From Phoronis australis (Eukaryota > Animalia > Phoronida), in the NCBI GenBank assembly GCA_002633005.1, contig NMRA01000058.1:1-64000 (forward strand): a DNA stretch of 64,000 nucleotides. Reading direction: 5' to 3'. Below, piece after piece: positions 35,759-47,700 of the stretch. Under the pieces are notes generated by a model, which saw only the letters and a program-made list of their open reading frames with translations, was not told where the DNA came from and did not search any database. The position numbers were made by a program, and so were the translations under genes. The number at the start of each line of letters is the position of its first letter. Position 1 is the stretch's first letter.

Positions 35759-38700
35759 GTAAGTGTCTTTTGAGTAGTGTAATGTTTATTGACTATCATA
35801 TGATTGGCTAACCTCTTGTTATTTTAAATGACTTATTCCTATAAAGGTGACATAAAAAATTCGTTTTGGGCCTTAGAATTCGGGTCTCAGAATTAGGGCC
35901 TTTATATTAATGTAGACTTAGACTATAGTACATGGACAGCCAACTCCGTATTTTTTCAGTGGACGAAATCTGTGATCGTACACATAAGCTGTGAAGTCAT
36001 TATTCACTAGTGACACCTGGCAGACATAGCATATTTTACTTTGCGAATCATGGTCGTCTTTTGTGTGGTCAGGTGGCATTGTCAAAAGTACTCACGATAC
36101 CAAGAGTTCTACTATTGGAAGACTTTGAACATTGTTTTAATGAAAAAATTTTTTTTCGTTATACTGGACAATTAAATGGATGCAAGAATTTCCCGTCACG
36201 ATACACTAGCTGGAAGCTGAATTTGCTATTTATGTTTAGAGGGTGGCGCCTCCTCTAGGGTATTTCGCAAGAAAATGTCGCGAGTTGCGAATCTGTTATT
36301 AATAATCTGTTATGCCATTCAGACTGAGATGTCTGCTTCCTGAATCATTTTGTGCTTCTCAAGCCAAACAGGAGTTTTGTGCCAACTGTGACACTGCTGA
36401 GATGAATTATTGTATGACACAGCAATAGACTGCCAAGATTTCTGCCCATTGTTACATTCAGATCTAGGATTGCTCTCACAATTCTTAACTTCTGGAATTT
36501 ACAGTCATGAAATGACTCCTGGATCTGAGTCAATGATTTTTGCAATCAAGTGGATTGAATTTGATGAAAGGAAATCCTCATTTCCGAAAAGTTTTAAAGT
36601 TTTTGTAACCAAACTGAACTAATCTATCAGAAAGAGTCAGTGTTTCAGAAATTTATTGGTGTCACAATGATTGAAAGACCCCTTTAACAAGGAAAAAGAT
36701 CAAGCTGATTAAGGAAACATTGAGTTAATGCTGAGCCTTGTACTTGTAGTACAAAACCAAGGAAGTTGTCAGTACGGTTTAACAGTTCTCAAAGAAAGCG
36801 GTATGTGCTGCCTCCAGAATCCGTCATTAAAATGATGTGACAACAACACAAAGAAAAGGAAATATGAAAACTTTTCCAACTTTGAAACATTTACTGATAA
36901 GTACCTCAGTTGAAAAAACTACAAATTACGGATAAAAACCTGTTTGTTTTTAAGACATGCATGTATAAAAATACTTTTTTTGCATCAGGTCTGAGGCTGT
37001 CTCTAATTTTGCAACTTTGCAGAACTTTGCACTTACTTCGCCGTCCCAAACTCAAAGACACTGGTGCCGGTTTTCACTAACCTGTAAGTGCTTTTTATCA
37101 CCTTCCAAATCTATTTTCAGACGATGAAAAACTGAAGTATGCGGAATTTTCGACATAAAAAACATTCACACCAAAATTTGTTATTAACATTCAATTTGTC
37201 GGTCAAGAAAAAACTATGCCTCAACAGTAGTGTCCACTTAGGTTGAGAAGTAGTTTCAATATAAAAATGTTTCAGGTCTATCATGTTAACACCCACTTAT
37301 TTGATGCTTTTAGTCGATATAGCTCCCCTAATTTCTCCTGGTTTTTTATTCCAAATAAATGTGGGAAACAAATTGTTTAGTACTTTATTTAAAAAGGTTG
37401 GAGATGGGCTAGGTAGTGACGATAACAAATGGATAATTTGGGAAATAAAGTGTTTTATGACCATCAATTTACCAATTATAGTGAGTTTTCTTTTAGACCA
37501 TGTCTTCATCATCTTTTTAATTTTCATGAGTTTTGAGTCAAAGTTATTTAACATGTCGTCTAAGTTAACATTAAAATTCAATCCCAACAGCCTAAACTTA
37601 GTAACTCACAAACACTACATTTTAATTTTCCACCCTTTATGATGATAGACCTCTTTAGAAAAGTTTTTAATACCAATCCAGATAACATTTGTTTTGGAAT
37701 AATTTTTTTTCAAGCCAAAAATATCTGCTTAGAAACCCGATACCTTCATCATCTCTGCCAAGGAACCCCGAGAACCGTATATAAATGTATCGTCCACACA
37801 ATGAGTGATTTTATGCTCTTAACCCTTTTTATTTTTATTGTGTTTTACATTGCGTAGCAGTTTTGTTCTCGGCAAGTGCTTTTCATTGTTTAGGGGAAGA
37901 GCATTTCCGAATGATATCTGAAGAACCAATTGATGGTTTTCTTTGATACTTGACACAGAGATGAGATTGTGCCAACAGCATTTGATTTTTGAGCAGATTG
38001 GAGAACTTCAGCTCCTCCTAGTGGCTATTGTGTGTGAGATTGGTTCAAAATGATATGTAGAGAACCGAGTGAAGGATTTCAGTGAAAGTTGACAGAGGTT
38101 TGTGATGACAATTCGGCCACATTAATAAAATTTCGGGCGGATTTGACCACTGTATCACCTATTAGCCATTTTGTTTTCTACATGATCTTACCGTAATATC
38201 AAGTGTTGGGGAAAGAGTGTTTATGGGTGATATCTGCAGACCCAAATGATGGATTTCGTTGAGACTTTTCATAGAGGCATGTATCATGAGATTGCTCCGG
38301 TAACACATCGTATGCGATGCACCGTGGGTGCATACAAATGCCCTAGTGTCGCTCTTGTAAAAAGAAAAAGTCATTTAATATAATAAGCTGTTGGATGTTA
38401 TTTGAATATTACTGTGATTAATGATTGCGAAGTTGTTATGTAACCTAGCTGGAAAGTAATAAGAGATACGAGTGCCATGTCTCCATGCAGTATCCAATTT
38501 ACGCCATTGTCTTTTTTGTAAAATGTGTGCATTAAACTGATCCTGTATTTCCTGAGTAATCAAAAAATGCCTGATTTGAAAACAAACCACACTTCTGTAG
38601 GACTCCATTGCCAATCGAGAAGAAGGGGAGAAGCAAGTTATCAACTCTAGTAATCTCTCAGATGTTTTAAAGAAACCTGTAAATATCAAGGTGAGCTCTC

Positions 38701-41700
38701 TTAATCTGTAGAATGTTGACAGGATGAAATTTCCTTAAAGTTCTGCTTCTTGCTTGAACATCACTTAAAGAGACAGTGTTTTTTTTTTTCAGAAAAAACA
38801 CATTTTTAGGATTGTTGGATGGGATGGATTTTGACTAGAAGAATAAAAGAAATTCTATTTTGCTTACAAATGGCCAATTCTTGTTGTTTGCCAGAAATTC
38901 GTTGAAATCTAGGCCAGTGACTTTCTCAGTTTTAAGTCTACTTTCTTTAAGGTAGACTTAAAATACTCTGCCATTTGACGAGTGGGTTTAACTCTGTCAT
39001 CTGAGCATTTGACAATGAGTATACCGTGAAACAAATTTTTATCTCTAGGAGGAATGATGGATACTTAACAGTGGTAGTGGCAATGCTACACAGTATTCAT
39101 GGAACATGAGTAACAAAGAAATAAATTTAAAATTACATTTAGCTTAATTAAAACTCCATGATAAATTTATAAGTTTATCGATTCGGCAAAATCTCACTAA
39201 TTTAGGACACAGTATGCTGGACAAATGAAATTTTATTTAATTTGCTTCTCTATCTTTCATACTGTGTTGCTAATATAAAATACTTTATGGTCTTTTAAGT
39301 TCCACTCTGTAGCTACTGTATTGAAAAGTTTTGTGTGTTCACAGCTGTAACAATGTTGGAGAGCCTTAAAGGGTTAATTTTAGCAATTATTTTGTCTGAA
39401 ATTTCAAGAAGAAGTATTACCATAATTATGTTGCTGTCGTGGTAAAGTAAGCTGACACTGTACTTACGACTAAATGTGAGACATTTCGACCGGCAACCTG
39501 TCGTCTTGATCACTCTCTGGGTGGCGTTGTCGTCGTCTGGACCAAGTATTAGTTTTGTGTTTAAGAGGTGGTTGTAAATCCAGGGGGCACCCTAGCAAGG
39601 ATGCCAGGTGTATCCTTTGGAGGCTGACTGTCAATAGAAATTTTTCCTCATTGTAAGGGAAATTTCAGTTGATTACTAGGAGCCTAGTGGATCTAAGAGC
39701 CACATCTGATTGGTTGATTTGAGATATTTTAAGAGAGAAGACTTTCACAGTGCTGGCTCTTTCAACTTGGAATAAATATACAGTGTTCAAAGTGGGTTCA
39801 AAGCATTGAGAACTATAGGCCTGTCCAGCATTAGCATGTTTAGTTGCCAAAGCTTATAGCATTGCAGTCTCTGCTCTCTAACTTTATGTAGGGGCACGTA
39901 CCTTAGTGTAACTCCATATTGGTGTTTCAGAACAGTCTGTAATTTCCCGATTTCCATCTTTTGTTTAAAAAACATCAAGAGCGAAATAAAAGTGATTATT
40001 TTATTACAGGTGGCACAAAAATATGCCGATTTAAAGTTTTTGAGTTTGCACCCGTTTCATGCTTTTTCAGTGTGCATTTTAATGTTTTAATATGGAACAG
40101 TAGTGAGTGACACCTGTTGCCAAAATATAGACCACACATAATCTGTGCATTTTTCTTAAGTTGACAACTGCAGCTTTGATGACTCGTACAGTCTATAACA
40201 GCTAGTTAATATGATAAACTTCATAACAGCAGTTTGACTTGAGATCACCAAAAACATAGTGCAGTCATAGTTCAACAAAGCTCTTATTTAGTATGCTACT
40301 TGGCTGCTTCCGTACATTTAAACATAAAAGTCTTGGTTCTTGTAGTTTTTTAGTAAAAAAGACTCACTTCAGTGCCAATGGGGCTGTTTTTGTAAACTCA
40401 AATGTAAAGGCCTTGGTCTATGCATTTTTTGTGAAAAACCTCACTACGTGTGTGGGGGGCATTGCTGGTGAACGGGGGTAAGGGGTGGGGGTAACATGTC
40501 GTTGGAATCATGGACCCCCCCAGAATATTGGGAACTTCATTTTGGACATCCTATTTTCTTAATCCTGGATGAAGCCTTGGTGGTCAAGACAGCGGGTCGC
40601 CAGTCGAGATATCTCACATATGATTTTCATTTTAGTCATATTATGTAATTTATGTATATGCAGTTTTATCTTACTTTACTATCGATAAGCTTTCGTCAGT
40701 GCTCGTTATTGTTTTTTTTTAGTTTGTGCTAAAAACCGATTCTTGATTATTATGGAACTTTTCAAATGACTTATTACAAGCTTATGATTGATGCAAATTT
40801 TTGCATTCAATGCTTCTCAGTCTGAGGAAGCTTCAGAGGACCAGACTGCAGATTTTCTGATTTTTTGTATTCTGCAATACTTCTAGTCTGAGGAGGATTC
40901 AGAGGACCAGACTGCAGATGTGTCTCAGTCACTAGAGGGTAGTTTTGTGCTTCCGCCCGACTGGAGTCTCAAAACCAAAGTTCGTTTCGTATCCAGTAAA
41001 CCTTTTACATGGTGCCATCCTTTAAGAAGTACTGAGGTAGCAGCAGGGGTCACATCGATTGTGCGATGCAGCCAATGCCGGGTACGTTAATAATTTTAAA
41101 ATGCTTGCCAAGGTTTTCCGTAGATAAGCCACACGATGTAATGCCCATGGGCGTTTATCCAGAAAATTATACCAAATAAATGCCAATGGGTGTCAAGTGT
41201 CCAGACGGTGGGACGTTTATTTGGAAATTTTCCTCTTAAAAGCCCATTCAGCATCAACTTTTTGTCACAAATTCAGTTTTGTGGAGCATTTATCATTTAT
41301 AAAAACGCGTTGGCAAACCATGCTTTTATTAACAAAAAATTTTAAAATGCAGTTTTAAGTAAAAGAGTGTCAAGTCAAGCAAAACTATGGCTTTCCGTTT
41401 TCACGCCCCTTTCCGAATAAACACCCGGGCTTTTATTTGGTGTTGCTAAAACACCTGAAAGTTTTCATTTTCTGAATACATGCCCATGGGCTTATCTACG
41501 GAAATTCACTGTAATACATCAAGTACTACATTGTACTTTCAGATGTAAGGTGATTATACAACTGTTACATTTTAGGTTGCTAAGCCTCCTAAAGTGTAAC
41601 AAGTTGTAACATTTTACATAATTGTTACATTTTACATGGAATGCACAAGTGAGAAATGTACCTTAGTTACATCTGGTATCTGAACAAGGGTGTGCACTGC

Positions 41701-44700
41701 TTTCCAAGAGGACCAGGGCTACTGCACCTCAGAGTGTACTGATGTTTGAAATAACAGCTTTTTACCATGTGCAATAATTTATACTAATATTATGACATAT
41801 GTTTACTTATGGCAAAAACTTTGCCCCCAAATCCATATTCCGGGATGTCATGTCTTTGTCTTGTCTGAGAAATCCTGGTACAGCAGCGTACTTGTGTAAA
41901 TCTTCTTCGTGATGAAAAACGAAAAAATAAGCTGCAGCACTAATATTTGTCGAAAGTAAGCATGGAAAGGAGTCGATTGACATATAGTATCTTACATGAA
42001 GGTAAGTCAAATTCGTCCCAGAACAAAAAAACAACACTGTTGCTGTTAGCAGGTGTATAGCTGTGGTTAGGCATGTATTGTAGACGCAGTGACAATTGAG
42101 AAACTACTACATTTAGGTCGAGCCGACATTCCTGGAAAATCACAACTTTAAACTAAAATTTATCATGAACAACTGCAAATTCAACTAGATGAAGAGATGC
42201 ATCCTTGCAATTAATACAACCTTTTCATTCAGGCAAAAGCCTTGAATCTAGTATTGAATTGTCATAGTATTCGGACTGAATCAACAACAATTTGTCAAGG
42301 TAGTGCTGGCGCGTTTTGTAGCAAAAATCCAGCTTGTATGGCTGGCATACTCGATTTATTTTGCACAGTTTGATACACGTTGTTCCAGAGGTGCGTAGGC
42401 CTCGCATGTGGGCCCATTGCCACTAGAGTTTCACATGTTATTTGTGGTCTGATTCTTTACGAAGTTTTCTCAGTTGCATTATTGTATTCATCATTCTAGT
42501 GCCAACAAAATATTACTGTTGTGGTATCGGCTACAACTCCGACATGAGAGAGTTTGATAAACTGGACAAATATCCATGGATGCGTGATCTGAAATTCTTC
42601 GCCTTCCTGGCATCCGTGAGAGACGAAAATGTGCCTGCTTTCCAAAACTTGGTCATACGCTTTATCTCCGGGACAAAGGAGAGTTCTATTGTCCTGTAAT
42701 CCAGAACAGCCATATTCAAACAGCTTCACAGCCCATGCTCAATTTCGCTAATTTTATGTTGAGAGTCTAAGTACCAGAAATTGCCAGAATTCAATAATGT
42801 AGCAGACCCCATGGATTGATTAGCCTCTGTTGTATTCTTTCAGGATTTCTCAAACCTTGAAAATGCCAAGATTGAATTCCACAGAACGTGTCACTACTGG
42901 GTATACCCAGACATTCCATGGCTGAAACTATTTCCGAGAATTGCACCAGACTACAGGATAGGGTTTGTAATAGCTATTTCTCGAAAACCACAAGACTTTC
43001 TGATTCTGGATTATTTGCCCACAATTTTGTGTGTCCCTACATTGATCAATGTAAAAATTAATTTACCATTTGTCGTTATGATGCCCACAAATTTTTAGTA
43101 TTGCTTTGTGTGTTACAATGAGGACATCAAAATAAGCTGGGTGAGGCAAAGTAAATCATTTTTCACTTATGCTTTGAAGTAGTGGACCTAGCTTTCGAAA
43201 ACTAGGTCCAGGATAGAATGCATTTTTCTTTCACAACAGAGGAGAGTTGAATACGGGATGTAGGATTGTGTCTTAGTTCTTCAATTGTTTGTTCCTTTGA
43301 GTTTCCATCACTAAGTTTGTTAATTTATCTCAGTGGTTGTTAACTGTTTGGAGAATTGATTTCTCAAAACATTCCTTTTGTACGCCCTATTCATCAGGGT
43401 TGATGTTCAGGATGTTTAGATTGAAAATCTCAAAAGTTGAGGGAGCTAAGCCAATTATAGGCTTATAAAAGTGATGTTTTAAAGGTGGCTCAGCGTTTAA
43501 TTGGAACTGCCAGTTTTATATTTAAAATCAGGGAATGTTGCATATATGCATGTTTGAAGTAAGCATTCGTAAGGATATGGTGCTTTAAGGAACCAAACCC
43601 CTTGGCTGTAAGGGTGGTATTATAACTGAGCATGGGCGTGTTAAAAATGAAAAATTTGGAAAACCAGAGTTCAGGTGCTTTCCAGAGCATTGGATGTTTA
43701 TCCCAACAAATACAGTAGTAGGCCAGCACATTACTAAGACAAAACCTGTTGAACTCGTGCTTGTTATTTAAGACCAACTTGGTTCTGGTCTTCATGCGCG
43801 CACCCTGGGGGGCTCGGGGGGCTCGAACGAGCCCCCATTTGGCAAAGTGGGCAAAAAGGACCACCCCAGAGAAAGAAGTCCGAAAAAGTAGAAAACGAGC
43901 CAGAGGCAGGAACTAACAAAATTCAGTGAATGCACAATTCATAGCTCAGAATGTTCCCCAGTATTTTTTTAGTAAATGGTCCACATTCTCAAAAATTGGA
44001 GCCCCCAATTTTAGGCTGGGTGCGCGCATGGTCTTTCACCTGATGCTTGTGCTGACTGGAAAAAAAGACTCTGGTTGTATCAATTTCAGTCAATTTTTTT
44101 GAAAAGCTGCACAAAGGCCTGTAAACAAGGTTTGAAATGCCACGATTTTTCAAGCAATTGGTAAAGGAAACAAATTCCGCATTGTTTTTGATGGTCCTAT
44201 GTGGATTTGTTTTATTTTGAAGAAGTGGGTTACTAAAAAATTACTGTGCCACCGAATCGATTGTCTAAAAAATGGAGACCAGAACCAACTAGGCTAACAG
44301 TCCGTACCAGTGATCAAACATTTGATGGCACTCGGGTTCATAATGCATATAAAAAAATCCGTGAGAGATATAACAGAATAATAATTATAGTAAAACATAG
44401 CAGTGTATGCTTTACTGTCAAGTTGACTATAACAATGAAACAATCATCTAGCTTGTGAAATAATTGCAGGTAATCTGTTACATGTTGTACTGGTCTGGTA
44501 CACATACTAGACGGGCGTAGGCCACTCATACGAGACCATTGCATTGATCATGTGAAACAATTTTTGTTTTATTTAACTGAGCTTAGGAGCTAGAGATCTG
44601 ACTCAAGAGTATAGTATAGTGACCCAGTGGTACTCGGACCGACTACTTTGAGTAAAGAAAGTAGACACTAGGCCACAACGCCTCCTTGTCACCTAGCTTT

Positions 44701-47700
44701 CAATCACAATGAGTTAAAGCCTAGTGGATATTTTTGTCATGGGTATATTACTCGGACGTTTTTGTCATGGGTTGTTTCAACATTAACTTTTGGTACAACG
44801 ATTTTCTATTCAGTGTGTCCTTTTGCAGGAAAATGACAGCTTTGAATACAGATGAAGATGTTAAAAAAAGTTTAATGCAGAGTTGGTGAGTTCCTCATTT
44901 TAAATTACTACTGTCTGAGCACTCAATATTTCACCTGTATTCATTTGAAGATGCCTTTTAACCTATAAACCAAAATGCCTAGTTGTGGAATGAATTTCGT
45001 TCGTTTTTGCAGTCATGTTCAATGAAAAAAATGTAAGATGCAGGGATATATACCTAGGCCTCAAAACCTTGCTCGCCAGCTGGACGACTGAGCCAGAAAA
45101 TCAAGTCGTCCAGCCCGAAGTTAAGTCGCCAGTTTCATGTCGGTCACAGCAGACAAACTGACTGTCCCAAATTGCAGAACTACCAGAATTAACCATGTCC
45201 GAGACTCTCTAAGGCAGGAAGCAAACTGGAGCAGACAGTGCACCCATCATCGTATGGAGAAATGAAAACCCTCCCATGAAGTCACTTTAGAAATGCCTGG
45301 AGGGACCGCCTACGTCTGGGGACTGAAGAAGACTATGTCTGCGAGCTTGATCAACAAGAACAAGTCACCATCTTCAGGCTAAGAGCTGGACACTGCTAGT
45401 TCATCTTCCACATGCATCGCCTGAAAATCTCGCACAGACGGGCACTGGCCCCCAGGCACCTGAGCATTTATTGCATAGCTGCCCTACGTTCATTATCCTA
45501 AGGCGTCAGACATGGCCCAGTCCAGTGGAACTCTCAAAGTAAATCTGTGGTACCCGACAGCGTCATTGCAGCGAACCGCAGACTTTACCCAAAAAACCAG
45601 ACTTATCATCTAAAGTACATGGCTGGAAAAGCAGAGCAAAAAGAAGAACCATGTCCAAACTTCTGGAATTAATTTGGTACGATACAAGCTACATATGATT
45701 CAACATGCCTTTTATACTCTTGACACGTCACCTGTCAGAAACATTGCCGAATTTGGTTCCGCGATTAAAAACATTTGTGTTAACAGGTTGAGGTAAAGCA
45801 ACGTTGGAGGAGCAGAACAAATTTAACAGTTCAGTACATCATTCTGTGATTGCCGTATCGATTGTTCCACTCACAGCAAACTATAAGTATTAAGCCCGTG
45901 ATAAAACATTACGAAACAGCAGTGTTTTTACTAATTCTTAAACGATCAATTTACCAAACTTTGTGTCGGAAAAACGTATTTATTTTTCATGCAAGATATC
46001 CCTGACAATATTGCACCGCAGGACTGGTTTTTCCCTGGTGTTTGTACGCAATGTCTCAACAGATAATCGCGACTTTGAAATGTCGTCAACTAACAGCCTA
46101 TTTCAATGAGTGTCTCATTTTTTATGGCAAAAGACAGCTAAAAAAAATGAAAATGACAACCCTAGTAATCGCCAAACAACAGCTAAAAACGACTTGTCTT
46201 TTAGCAGAGTAGTTTCGAGTCGTGAAGAAATTAGCTGATCTTTTGTTTGTGTGGCTCAGCTCATGCATATGTATGAGTAATCTGTCATTCCCAGTGTTGT
46301 AATGTGTACTCCACCAATTCACATGTGGGGACTTAGCGTGCACAACACTCTAAAGCCACACATCAAAAGAGTACTGGCTTGGCTGTGTTAAGCTCCCAGG
46401 TGTTTGTATGACAGTGAAGACCCCATTGCTTTACAATGTTCTCCTGACCTGATATTCTCCTGTTTCAGTGTTTCTCTGGCTCAATGATGTTTAGGTCCTA
46501 GATATGCTATGCCATTAGTCAGCTATAGTAGCTAAACTGGTAGGCGTGAAGTTGTGGTTAGCGAACATTTTAGCTTCTCTTCCTACACCCACTCTCCACC
46601 ATCGCCAATTTTCCACTCTTCACCACCACCACTTTTCCACTGTCTAGGTCATCAGTCGACCACGTCATTGATTTTTGAGACTCAGTTGAAAGCAAAATTA
46701 TTGCAGGTGAAGTGGGCCTATTGGAAACAAAATTATTCCGGGTTAAGTGGGACTATTGGAAACAAAATTATTCGGTGTGTCTGAAAAGAGGCATGGAAAG
46801 GATATCCATCAATGCAGTCATGTGTTTAGGGGCGGAGTTTGCCTCACAGAATCGTATCAAAATAATTTTCTACTGAACTCTTTCAATTGTTTATTACTGC
46901 AAACATCGAGGTTAAAGACCATGCTCACATGAGTTGGAATTCCAAAAGTTGGACAGCGAGGAAAAGGAAGTAGACTCATCTTTAATGATTTTGCTGACAA
47001 TCATATGGCAGTTAAGTTCTAGAAAATTCGTTAGTATTTTTCCAAAGTTTTGCTCTTACATCAAATTACATACTTAGCTACTCAAGTGAAGTTAGAAAGC
47101 GCTGATTCAACTTTCACGTTGGCAACTAAGTCACTCGCTGTAAGGCGGCCTACGAAGTCGCACACCCATTCAAGTTTTTCACTAACTTTGTTACAACATA
47201 AAACATCACCGATATTTCAAGTACCAACTTCGTTCGTCGGTAAGCCCTGAGTGCTGTTGTTGCAAAAACATCTTGTACTCACCGTGACCTTTCATCTAGA
47301 CAAAGTGCATAAAATTTAACATCCACTGGCTTGTTGAGTACACTGCATTGTTGTTATTTACTCGTGCAGCACTGAGACGTGAACTAACATAAACCTTAAG
47401 TTCAGGATAACAACACCACACGGAAGAGAAAATTTGTTTATTTGGACTCTACAAAAGTCTGGGGAACGACAGAGTGCAGCTGTGCTCTGACAATTCACTC
47501 ACCACCTGGGCAACTGATTAGTGATCTACTCGCCTACCACCGTTTTTAGTCACATTGGTGACTGGGCGAGTACCTAAGTATGTTCCTGAGATGGTCTAAA
47601 TAATTCACTTTGTCACAGTATTGTTTCGGTACATCTTCATAGTTTGGGTATTGTTTGACAAATTGCCATCTGTCAGTTTGGTTTTCATTAATGCTACTGT

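Noticed and set aside
36290-36900. Possible RT remnant or nested gene in DONSON intron 1
   Set aside because: Only vague similarity (LLCHT) and no convincing motif or splice structure.
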